From Tetramitus jugosus (lineage: Eukaryota; Protista; Heterolobosea), in assembly GCA_937625935.1 (NCBI GenBank), contig OW569360.1:372001-436000 (forward strand): a DNA stretch of 64,000 nucleotides, written 5' to 3'. The translations under genes and the position numbers were made by a program. Below, piece by piece: positions 21,080-31,258 of this stretch (the stretch's first letter is position 1; every line of letters starts with the position of its first letter). The notes beneath the pieces were generated by a model. The model made no database searches and had not been told where the DNA came from. It was given only the letters and a program-made list of their open reading frames with translations.

Positions 21080-22533
21080 AGTCGCACATGCATGTGTACA
21101 TCCCATCTTTCTATATGCATGTGAATTCACAAAATGGACGATGAAATCGATGGATGATGTGGATATGATTGGAAAGAGGCTCGTCAAGCATGGTTCTAAA
21201 GCAATGCTAAGATATCCGACGGAGTTGCTATACATTGGCCCCGAGTGGGGATCCATTGGTCTAGACAACTTCTCGGAAGCAGTTGCTACTCGCACAGCAC
21301 TTTTTGTGAAATCCATGATGAGAGGGAAGAGAGATCAGGAAGCTAACATTCTGTGGATGGACACTCTTGAGTATATCAAGAAACACTACACGTTCCGGTC
21401 GGAGAACGTCTTCCAGTCGGACCACAGAGTTACGGAAGTCAAACACTCTTTCATGAAATGGAGCGCAATGCGGCTGCACGAGAAGGGAATCATCATCACT
21501 GATGACTCCCAGAGCCGCTGTGAAGGGTGCAAGTTATCTAATTACTTGTCAGCTAGGTCTCTCAGACTGCTCAGCAGGGTTGGCTTGTACCAGAGACAAC
21601 AACTACTGAATGAGGGTAGGATCAGGAGCTACGAGTCACTAAAGACCGAGGTTGGCAAGGGTTTTGGACCTAAAACCTACCACGAAGTATCCCTCGCGGT
21701 GATGGCAATGCCGAATTGCATGAATATAGAGCTGCATCAAACAAAGGGATTCATACACACCATCAGATTCAATGGTAAGTATGCGAGGGGAAAAGAAGAT
21801 CTGAAGGAGTTGTTCCTTCAGGAGCGTAAGGCGCTCATCTGTCAAAATTCGCAATGGTGGTTGCAGGATGCTGCAATGGAGCATAAGAATCAGTTCGACT
21901 TTCTCAAGAACCCATTTGTTGTTGATCGTCAGCTGGAGTGGTTCCACGCCCAAGTACGTAGTGGTACATTACATACCAGAGTGGTGTGTAACTATTTGTA
22001 CGATGATGACGGCCCCTATTTATGCCCGAGATGCGGTACTGAACCTGATACAATCCTCCACTGTCTTGTCAGATGCCAGTATGCAATTGACGCCCGAAGA
22101 AAGCTTGTCATGGAAGTCTACAACAAGTTGCTCAAACTTCCATTACATCGAGAGTCCGCCATCTCCCTATGGTTTGACAAAGTTCTGTTCAGAAACGGAT
22201 TCATGTGGCCAATGCCGAGGAAGTCGAGCAGAGAGTACCTCATGGGAATGATGGGTTTAGAGAACGACGCTGTCGACCAGGTGATGGATGCACTGATGAA
22301 AAATGGGATGAAACAAGAAGTAGCACTGCGAAAGGCCCGCAGTTTTGTGTGCTGGGTGAAGAGTCGCTGCATCACAGTGTTGCACAGACTCTACCAGCAA
22401 TCAAAGGACTGCAAACAGTAGTAACGCTCTGCGAGCGTTACTAACAAGAAAGAGGAGACGCTCTTCGAGCGTCACAAGGACAGAGTAATAAAGAGCAACC
22501 GCGTGTTGTATTAAAAAAAAAAAAAAAAAAAAA
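21080..22533 (+). mobile_element. 5'-truncated non-LTR retrotransposon (LINE)
   Basis: TSD CAATATAAAAATTTC (21065-21079) / CAATAAAAAAATTTC (22534-22548), 14/15 identical; A21 tail 22513-22533; AATAAA 22487-22492; ORF open from the insertion edge. Confidence 0.9.
21081..22421 (+). CDS. C-terminal part of LINE ORF2 (post-RT region plus CCHC zinc knuckle), lacking its start
   Basis: Frame open from 21081: VAHACVHPIFLYACEFTKWT..MDDVD..(post-RT thumb-like), LYIGPEWGSIGL, CPRCGTEPDTILHCLVRC; RT core and endonuclease absent. Confidence 0.8.
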   Translation, partial: VAHACVHPIFLYACEFTKWTMKSMDDVDMIGKRLVKHGSKAMLRYPTELLYIGPEWGSIGLDNFSEAVATRTALFVKSMMRGKRDQEANILWMDTLEYIKKHYTFRSENVFQSDHRVTEVKHSFMKWSAMRLHEKGIIITDDSQSRCEGCKLSNYLSARSLRLLSRVGLYQRQQLLNEGRIRSYESLKTEVGKGFGPKTYHEVSLAVMAMPNCMNIELHQTKGFIHTIRFNGKYARGKEDLKELFLQERKALICQNSQWWLQDAAMEHKNQFDFLKNPFVVDRQLEWFHAQVRSGTLHTRVVCNYLYDDDGPYLCPRCGTEPDTILHCLVRCQYAIDARRKLVMEVYNKLLKLPLHRESAISLWFDKVLFRNGFMWPMPRKSSREYLMGMMGLENDAVDQVMDALMKNGMKQEVALRKARSFVCWVKSRCITVLHRLYQQSKDCKQ

Positions 22534-22786
22534 CAATAAAAAAATTTCGATAAATTTTTGTAACATTTTCATCCAGCCCTCGCTCTTTGTGGGGTGGTAT
22601 CATTGAGCTGTTGAACAATGTTGGTCAAACACTGTTTCTAAGCGAACATTCCAATTTTGAGTCCAACCGAACAATAACTATTGGGACGACAAAATCGAGG
22701 AAGTCACTCCGAGTTGAAAAGGGGAAGTGACGGTTGTATTAAAATGAACTTTTTGGTTTGTTTGTTGTTGGTGTTGGTTCAGCACA

Positions 22787-23449
22787 TCAAGAAGATTGAC
22801 TGATTTTATCAATCAAGCGATGTACTTGCTCGAATTGTGGCGTAGTCTGAGGAGCTTGAGATCTACTCTCGTCGCGACAACCGTGAACCATTGCAACTCT
22901 TTTCAGCGACTCCTCAGCACTAAGTTGATACAATCGACCGAGAACAATAGCACAAATTGTACCTGTGCGTCCATGACCTCCCCAACAGTGAATCAACATT
23001 TTCTCTCCGCGATGAAACCTTGGAATCAGTTCATTGTCCACAAATGAGTTCACTTCGGTATCCTGTGCCACATGTGTATCTGGAATCTCTAGTTGCAAGA
23101 ATTGCAGTGACGAACTCTTGTTTTGACCAAGATTGAATTCCGATTCAAAAACAGATCGATATTCCTTGAATCTCTGGAGCTCTTTGTTTGTCTGCAAACA
23201 CACAATGGTTCTAATTCCGCTCTCCAAGATGCATCTGGCCTTTTCTATGGCCTTTTTCTCGTCTGTATCTCCTGGGTAAGCACTCATCAACAAACGGTCT
23301 CTGATTAACCAGTTGCTAGTTCCTGTAGGACCACGATGGTGATCCACAAACTCATCTCCCATCTCCTTCTTGTGGTAGAGAGCACCAGGTTTCCAGGAGT
23401 GAATTGGCTTGATATTGCTAGGCAGTGGAATTAAATATGGAAGCTCCAT
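22787..23449 (-). CDS. Dual-specificity/Cys-based protein phosphatase
   Basis: HCWGGHGRTG (HCx5R) P-loop, IPD acid loop, PQTTPQFEQ Q-loop. Confidence 0.88.
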   Translation of the reverse strand: MELPYLIPLPSNIKPIHSWKPGALYHKKEMGDEFVDHHRGPTGTSNWLIRDRLLMSAYPGDTDEKKAIEKARCILESGIRTIVCLQTNKELQRFKEYRSVFESEFNLGQNKSSSLQFLQLEIPDTHVAQDTEVNSFVDNELIPRFHRGEKMLIHCWGGHGRTGTICAIVLGRLYQLSAEESLKRVAMVHGCRDESRSQAPQTTPQFEQVHRLIDKISQSS

Positions 23450-23579
23450 TGAAGGAATAACGCGTTGAGTGATTTGTTTTGTGTCTGAAAGAGTCTCCTT
23501 TTTGAAATGCGCTGTCTGAAGTTCGATTCAGAGTTAGCGGAAAAGTAACAACAAAATGAAGAAGCGAATGTAAAGGTGT

Positions 23580-25304
23580 TTATTCGTAGTCCATGTCCTG
23601 ATCAGAATACTCTTCATTTTCGTCCAAATACTCGCCACCATAGTCGTAGTCATCTTCATCATTGTACTCGTCATCATTATAGAACTGCTTCTTTGGCATA
23701 TCTTGATGATACTCTTCAGCACTGACCGTAGAGAATCCATAGAGGTGCGTATCGTACTTTGCCTTCAACGTTTCATACTTCTCATGATCATTCTCCTCGA
23801 ACAAATCACTATTGTCATATACTCTTGGATCAATGTCAAACTCTGATTGATTCCTCTCTTGAACCCAGAACTGCTCCTCTTGCTGCTGCAAATACTCGTC
23901 TTCATCCATGTAATTGGGATCGAACTGATCACCAAAACCAAAATCTTCACCTTCATCAGGATAGTCATTGTTTGGATTGGCTTCGTCGTTTGAATCCTCC
24001 GAGTCATAGTCCAGCAAGTCCTCCTCAGTCGCGTACTCTGTGTCATACCAAATTGTGTCTTGATCATACCTCTCAATCTTCACAATATTCTTTTGTTTTG
24101 ATGAAGCAGAAGAAGAAGCAGCAGCACTAGTACTTTCGTCTTTCATTGCACCATCTTCCTCTTCCTCATCGTTCATATAATAATAATCATAGACAAAATC
24201 ACTGTGTTCACTCTCATCATTCTTCATTAGGTAATTGTACTCCTCGGCAGACATGGTTTGCTTCAACAAAGACGCATACTGTTGCATCTCCATAAAATCC
24301 TGTTGATCCCTCTGCTCATTTTGCTTCTTCTGCTGCTCCTTGATCTCCTTCCGATCACTCTCTTCGTCTTCAACGTGCAAATCCACTTGAATCAACCTCG
24401 TATCACCATCAATACTCCTCTTCTCATTAATCTTCAACAATCGAATCTCTCTCACATTTTGTTTAAACTTTTGAGCTCTTTTCTCTCGAGCACTACTCTT
24501 CAAATCCACATTTTTCAGCTGATTCCGATTTTTGGTTTTTTCAATTTTTTGGCGCGCAACACTCAAATTGTAATCGTTGGCCGAGTCGATGAAACTGAAG
24601 CGTTTGAGCGGGAAATCCTTGAGCGCGGTTTGAGCGCTCATACGACTCGAAAGTTCCTCATCGAGAGTATCGTTCATGACAATGGTTCTCTTTTGACGCT
24701 TTGGTGCTTGTTCCATATAAAATTCCTCCAATGGATCATCGTCTCTTCGTCTCTTTACACAAATGACCACCTTTTTCGCTATATTACTGTTCTTGTTCTT
24801 CTGTTTCTGATTTCCATCCTCATCATCATCATCATTCGTCCTCTGTTCAAAGCCAACTTGTTTCTTGTCCCATTTTTTGATCCGAGATGATTTTTGAACT
24901 TGTTCTTCCGCCTCTGCTGCTTCTGCTTCTTCTTCTTCTGTTTCTCTGCGTACTCTCTCCAATAGTTGCTTTGTGTACTTGTCGGAAATTTGTTCAATCG
25001 TAGGATGACTCCTTGAGTTGTTGTTCGATCGGGTACTACGACGAGAGTTGGTACTACTGTTGTTGGGTACTTTGGGAGCAAATGACCATGGTTTTTGTAC
25101 AGTCAATGTTTGATTTAGTGTAAATGCAGTGGTGGAATTGCTATTGTTGTTGATGTTGTCTAGTTGAGAGAAAACATCATGTGATTTTTGATGAAAGGAA
25201 CGAGTCACGTTGTTTTGGTCTTCTTGGTCGCTATCTTTGTTCTCTTGCATTTGTTTTGTTTTTTTTGTTGTGTCTGCGTTTGGTGAATGTTCATTGTTTT
25301 GCAT
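23580..25304 (-). CDS. IWR1: IWR1-like RNA polymerase II nuclear import factor
   Basis: VICVKRRRDDDPLE; DFVYDYYY...DYDSEDSNDEANPNNDYPDE (Iwr1 domain). Confidence 0.78.
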   Translation of the reverse strand: MQNNEHSPNADTTKKTKQMQENKDSDQEDQNNVTRSFHQKSHDVFSQLDNINNNSNSTTAFTLNQTLTVQKPWSFAPKVPNNSSTNSRRSTRSNNNSRSHPTIEQISDKYTKQLLERVRRETEEEEAEAAEAEEQVQKSSRIKKWDKKQVGFEQRTNDDDDEDGNQKQKNKNSNIAKKVVICVKRRRDDDPLEEFYMEQAPKRQKRTIVMNDTLDEELSSRMSAQTALKDFPLKRFSFIDSANDYNLSVARQKIEKTKNRNQLKNVDLKSSAREKRAQKFKQNVREIRLLKINEKRSIDGDTRLIQVDLHVEDEESDRKEIKEQQKKQNEQRDQQDFMEMQQYASLLKQTMSAEEYNYLMKNDESEHSDFVYDYYYMNDEEEEDGAMKDESTSAAASSSASSKQKNIVKIERYDQDTIWYDTEYATEEDLLDYDSEDSNDEANPNNDYPDEGEDFGFGDQFDPNYMDEDEYLQQQEEQFWVQERNQSEFDIDPRVYDNSDLFEENDHEKYETLKAKYDTHLYGFSTVSAEEYHQDMPKKQFYNDDEYNDEDDYDYGGEYLDENEEYSDQDMDYE

Positions 25305-25736
25305 TTTTATTGAAGTAGGAATCTTCGAAGTTCCTGAAGAAGAAAATCATTGGTGTTTGGAATGGTAGTGGATTTCACCACCAACGAAACAAGCTTTCAT
25401 TTGTCAGTCACTGTACTTGGCTACAGTAGACGAGTGATAGAAGGATTACAGCATCGAGGGTCCCTGTAATAGGTGCCGTTGGGTCGTTCAAATTCCGAAC
25501 AAATCGGAATTTGACCCAGGTTCGTTCACACACGTTCTATTCATGTCGAAAAAAGGAGAGCCAGGCGTGAGGTGCAGCAAGAATTTGTTTGAAGCGGCAA
25601 AACTGGAAACAGCTTTAAAAGCATGTGAGTCTCGTTCCTTGTTGACTTTTCACACAAAAAAAAAACATGAACAACACAACAACATAACAGCCTGCCAAAC
25701 TTTTGGTTTTAACTTTAACGTTTTATTACTATCAAC

Positions 25737-26872
25737 ATGCCTTCTATGATTTCCCACAAATTGGACGAGTATTTGACTTTTGATGATGTCACTTTGGGTA
25801 TGATACTTTCTTGCGCTTTGTTTTTCGCGCCAAAAAGCGCGTACAGTGTTCCGAGCTGAAAGCTTTCAACAGAGCTAACACAAATATTTCTTTAGTTCCT
25901 CAATTCAACAATGTTCCAAGCAGATTGAACCCTGAACTTGACACATGGTTGACCTCCAAGACCAAAATCTCCATCCCTATGGTCGCTGCCAACATGGACA
26001 CTGTCATTGGTGAAGATTTGGCTGATTTGCTCATCAAGAATGGTGGTTTGCCAATCTTCCATCGTTTCACCTCATTTGAGAAGCAATGCGAGTGGGTTGA
26101 CAAGTACAAGGACCAATGCTTCATCTCCTGTGGTCTCAACAACATTGAACAAACACTTGCTCTGCTCAAGAGAGGTGCCAAGGGTGTTTGCATCGATATT
26201 GCTCATGGTCACTCTGACAACATGTGCAATTTCGTGAGAGACCTCAAGACTGCTCTCCCTGACAAGGAAGTGATTGCCGGTAACGTCTGTACTCCAATGG
26301 GTTACCAAGATTTGGTCAATGCTGGTGCCGATGCGGTCAAGGTTGGTGTTGGCTGCGGTGCTGCTTGCACCACCCGTATCAAGACTGGTTTTGGTGTTCC
26401 TCAATTCTCCGCCATTTACAATTGCGCAGAAATTGCAAAGAGATTGAGAGTGCCTGTGATTGCAGATGGTGGTATTGTCCATGAGAAGGATATGGTTCTT
26501 GCTTTGGCTGCTGGTGCCAGCACTGTCATGATGGGATCCATCTTTGCAAAGACTGCTGAATCTGCAGCACCAAAGCACACTGTCAGAAAGGACGACAGAG
26601 ATGTGTTGATGGTCAAGTACAGAGGACAGGCCAGCAAGGACTTCCAAACTGATTTCTATGGTGGAATGAAGAAGGGAACTGTGGCTGAAGGTGTTGCCTT
26701 TGAGGTTCCATGCACTGGCAGTGCACAGGACGTTATTGACAACTTTACTGGTGCATTGAGAAGTGCATTGACCTACGGCGGTGCTAAGAATATTAAGGAA
26801 CTGCAAAGAAAGGCTGAATTCGTCAAGGTGACTAGAAACTTTTTGACTGAGAGCCACCCACGTCCATACTAG
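25737..26872 (+). CDS. IMPDH/GMP-reductase family enzyme without CBS domains (exons 25737-25797, 25896-26872)
   Basis: Intron 25798-25895 (GTATGA..GCTAAC..TTTAG) gives [10 protein letters not shown]; [44 protein letters not shown]. Confidence 0.9.
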
Positions 26873-27039
26873 GTGCCCTTTTCTACCTCTATCAACCCAA
26901 TCCACCTCTATCCACACACTGAGAGTCATTCCTCTCTGAACACTCCCGTCTACTCCGTACAAATCATCACAACTTAAACTTGTGTGTCCTATCTCAATAA
27001 AGCAACAAAAAAATTGGAGAACTACTGTTTCTGAGTCAT

Positions 27040-29244
27040 TTATTGAACATCGACTCCCAATAGCCTCAATTTCTTGGCCTGGAGCGCTTTTGCTTCTTCG
27101 AGCTTGTCCAGCTGTTGCCGCACAACAGCCACATGTCTCAGCCGCTGCATCTTTTCCTTCCTCAGTGCTCTTCTGTATTGCACCCAGACATGCAAGGACT
27201 GCTCTGGAGGCAGTTCTGTAGCATCATACTTTTGGTAGTTCACTGTGGCATTGAATGCTCTGATAATGATGTTTCTAATGATGGATTCATACTGCAACAT
27301 GCAATGAACACCTACGACTTCCACAATCCGTTTGACTGTTTTCGGATCGGAATACACGCCAACTAGGTAGTGATTACTGGAATATTTACAATGAGGAGCC
27401 TCAACTCTCAAGCTCATCTGTTGTTGTAAGTAGTAGACGATGGAGTCAACATCATTCAATACTTCCTTTGAGTCTAATCGTCTCTTCTGAGAGCTTGATG
27501 AAGAATTTCGTTTGACTTCATCCTCATCAAGTGATGTCGGTCTCAGTGCCAACTCCAACGCATAGAATATAATAGATCTGATTAACCTTAGAATCTTCGT
27601 GCAATTCTTACCATAGGCAATGCTCATCGAATTTCGTTGGGACTTTTCATTCTCTGATCTTGGTATCAGTACTTTGCATAACAGTATACGGGTGATAATG
27701 AAGTGACCTAACATTATCCTAGTTCTTTGTTTTGACATATGTACAGTAGCTCCATTGTTGTCAAATTCCAATAGAGCTAACTCTGACGGTAGCAAATAGT
27801 CGGCAGGATAACAAATATAATCATGGATCAATACACAACAGAACTGAATGGTCGGAACTATCTTTGAGTTAAACTTTTTCGGTCGATGGCTCCCATTCTT
27901 CTTAATCATGAGGTTCGTTTTTGTAAACATGGAACTTACACCATCAAGAAGAGCTTTCACTTTAGCACAGACCCGAAAAACTTGTTTCTGATACTTTGCA
28001 GGCATCGAATCCGGTGTGATGTTCTTTGATCTAGAGAAAATGTTTGCTAGTAGTCCAAGCCCAGCATTATTGTCAGTAAACAAGAAATGGTCAATGTTCT
28101 TTCCCTGCTCGTTGATAATACTCGTAATGGGAATGTGAATATATTGTAACATATTGTCAAAGCAATTGACACTAGCATGAGAGATGAAATCTTGCATCTT
28201 CCCAATTGTTTCTTGAATTCTGTATTGCTTTGCATTATGAATTTGTCGAATCATCCGCAAGAATCGAACAATATGATACACTGTTCTCATCTTTCTTACG
28301 AAAACAGGCAATCTTTTTGCTTGTTGCATTCCCAGTAGTTCCATTGAAAATGATCTTTGGACAGGCTCCCAACGGGGAGTCTGATTGAGTTCTGCAATAT
28401 CCATCTTTGCCTTCTCCACTAATCTGTTCAGTTCTAAGTCCTCCTGGAGAGCGGAATTTGAAGGACTAACAACATTGGATTGACTTTCAATAGGTATAAA
28501 GTAGCTCTCTTTCGTTTTCTTCTTCTTCTTCTTCCAAGTTCCTCCATCATAATCATCGAATGACTCGTCAGGGGAATCCTCATCCATCATGTTCGGAATT
28601 TCAATATTATATTGTTCTCGCTTGGGTAACTCTTCGTCACTCTCGTAATCGTCATCCCATTCATTACCAAGGTCATCCTTGTCTTTCTTACTCCTCTTCT
28701 TTCTTCTTTTTTTATCCTTCTTCCTCTTCCTATCTTCATTCCACTCTTCGTCATTTCTAACTGCATTTGTTTTCTGCTGTACTGCGAATTGTTTCATCAT
28801 AGAGGTAAACAATTGCTGCATTTGTTCAATAACTTGTTGATCATTCGATGATGATCGAGCTGAATGGGTTCGCGGTGGAAACTGTAGAGTGTCATGCATC
28901 GTTTTAAGAGTCGAAACCTGAGCCATCTCATCATGCATGTCCAACTGATGCTGTAAGTTGTGTATATGTTCAGAGAACAATCTATTCCATCAAACAACAA
29001 TAACATGAAACGTAAAAAATTTGTGAACTTCAAAGTATTAAACAACATGGACACTGTACCTTTTTTGTTGTACAGATGATTGTAGCTTTTCAACTTGAGA
29101 AGCGAGCTGCTTGGAGAGCTCTTGGAGAAGTAGTACTTGATTCGGAGCTATTTCTTGTTCAAACAACTGAGGATTGGGAGTGTAGAGCCTCATGGGAGAT
29201 ACTGTCTCATGATGACCATAGGTTGAACCCCTTCGATCTATCAT
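27040..29244 (-). CDS. Hypothetical protein (exons 29244-29060, 28981-27040)
   Basis: GTACAG...ATAG intron 29059-28982 joins the 68-aa and 646-aa ORFs in frame (QQKR|LFSEH). Confidence 0.65.
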
Positions 29245-29386
29245 CTTCTGAGTATGGTTTGGAGAACTTCTTCAGTGAGGGCGTTGAGTCGGAATAAAAG
29301 AATTGTAGCGTGCTTCAGAACCGATATCGTACTTTTACGCAACTGTGGTTAGCCAAGATGAAAACTGTAACAATTGATGTGACTAT

Positions 29387-30946
29387 TTATTGCTTGTCAA
29401 CAATTTCAAACTTGAAGCCTTCCATGTATGATTCATTCTTTGCCTTAGGGTCAAAGTTTTGTAGTTTCTCAACATACTTTCTCATGCTCTCCATTTCCAT
29501 TGGACCTCCGAGAGACAAATCTATTCCTTGATCCTCGGTCCAAGTCAATGGCTTGTTCATCTTTAATTCAAAGTCATGATTTATCTGGTCGCCAGTCTTC
29601 CAAATCTTTGGATCAACATATGCCTCATAATCACCAATCTTGCTATTCTTTGTGCTAAAGTTGTTGAGGAATCTGAGTGCTCTATGGGTGTCAGAGTTTC
29701 TGTCGCGCAACAATCTGTGAATCAATCTGTACTCCATTGTGCAACATTCAGTGAATGAACGTCCACTGACATTCTTGAGCATGGCAAAGACACCACCAGC
29801 CACTTCCAAACTTCCACTGTTCAGTGTGTCGACCATGTGTTGACACCATTCACGCTTGCTGGAGGAGTTGGAGAATGAATTGGCCTCGTTCTTCAACTTT
29901 TGGATCAAGTCATTCAATGTCATGTGATCCATTGATTGATCGTTTGGATCAGTCAATGGGCCAAAGTACTCCTTAATATCCTCCAATGGCAAACTCAAAA
30001 TGTTGTTTGTCATGAATCCGAAACCACTCTTGACACCAGTACCAGCAGGATCAATCTTTGCCAACTGGTTGGACAGTGTTGGTGTGCAGACAAACTTTAA
30101 CATATCGTCCAAAGTTTTCAATGATGCAGTCTGTGATGCATAATCCAGGAGCATTTGATCAAAAGTGCCCTCGTTGGCCTCTCCTTGACCAATACCCAAT
30201 GCACTCAATTGAGCGCCCTTGATCACAGTGCTCTTGCTAGCACTAAAGAGAGCCATGTACATGGCAACACCAGGGTACTTGGCATCCAATTGACCCAACA
30301 ACCATGTAGAGCCCAAATCAGGAACCATACCGTACTGCAGTTGAGGCACGTGGAAGCTTGCACCAGGTCCCAACAATGCACTTGGCAAAGGAATCAGAGA
30401 ATGACCATTCCACAATGGTGTCACTCTCTTGCTATGAATCAAAGTAGTTGCCAAACTGTACAAATCCTTCAAGTACACAACAGCGTGCTGCAAAGCAAGA
30501 TCAATGGATGGACTCTTGGCCTGTTCTTCATTCAAGTACTCACCATAAAATATATCATAAATGGATGGCAAATCCGTTCCACCAATCATGTGAGTAGAAC
30601 CAGTGGCGCGCAGAGCAACCATCTTGTTAATTGGATTCACAATGCCCTTGATGAGTTCCTTGTGCAGTTCCTTTGTAATCTTTGGTGTCAATCGATTGAG
30701 ATTTCTTGGATTGTTCAATGTGATTTGTTTGACATCTCTCTTCTTGAACACGTATAGTGTGTTGGTGGGATTGATTGGTTCACCAATGCTGGATGCGGCA
30801 CTTGATCTGTGAAGTGTTTGACCAGTGGCATTGTTGATAATGTGGGGCATGGTGTATGCGGTGCGCCTTGTTGAATTGTTGGTGAGAATGAGCCTTGATG
30901 CTGCTGCTCTTCTCGTTGTTGTTATGTTGGCTGTTGCACTTCTCAT
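29387..30946 (-). CDS. Divergent HIBCH/enoyl-CoA hydratase-fold mitochondrial protein (mS47-like)
   Basis: ITLNNPRNLNRL, FHVPQLQYGMVPDLGSTWLL, SFTECCTMEYRL; presequence-like N-terminus. Confidence 0.7.
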   Translation of the reverse strand: MRSATANITTTRRAAASRLILTNNSTRRTAYTMPHIINNATGQTLHRSSAASSIGEPINPTNTLYVFKKRDVKQITLNNPRNLNRLTPKITKELHKELIKGIVNPINKMVALRATGSTHMIGGTDLPSIYDIFYGEYLNEEQAKSPSIDLALQHAVVYLKDLYSLATTLIHSKRVTPLWNGHSLIPLPSALLGPGASFHVPQLQYGMVPDLGSTWLLGQLDAKYPGVAMYMALFSASKSTVIKGAQLSALGIGQGEANEGTFDQMLLDYASQTASLKTLDDMLKFVCTPTLSNQLAKIDPAGTGVKSGFGFMTNNILSLPLEDIKEYFGPLTDPNDQSMDHMTLNDLIQKLKNEANSFSNSSSKREWCQHMVDTLNSGSLEVAGGVFAMLKNVSGRSFTECCTMEYRLIHRLLRDRNSDTHRALRFLNNFSTKNSKIGDYEAYVDPKIWKTGDQINHDFELKMNKPLTWTEDQGIDLSLGGPMEMESMRKYVEKLQNFDPKAKNESYMEGFKFEIVDKQ

Positions 30947-31258
30947 TCTTAAATATCGCGATTGATTATTTCCTAAGCTCTATGTTTTTGTGGGCGCTGT
31001 CCAACACTTTGGTCCAAAGAAATGAGATGATTTGCGTTTATTCAACAACACACAGTTTTTTTTTGCGTGAAAAATGATATTATCCCCGGTTTATTCCGAT
31101 GACGGAGACAAATTGTTGTTGTAATCGATGAACTGATTTATCCGGTTCTTCTCTGTGGTTGATGTTCGAGGTCTCGTGGAACTGCCCAGAGTCAATTGTT
31201 TTGGAATATGGACAATTCGCATGTGCCAATTGATCAACAAAACAAAACCAGAACAAAT

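Noticed and set aside
22732-22744. GTTGTATTAAAA matching the LINE 3' terminus
   Set aside because: Only ~12 bp and AT-rich, no upstream similarity; lies in the phosphatase 3' region
26072-26962. Long antisense ORFs over IMPDH/GMPR (also over actin, SND1, UTP14)
   Set aside because: Shadow ORFs caused by strong codon bias of highly expressed genes
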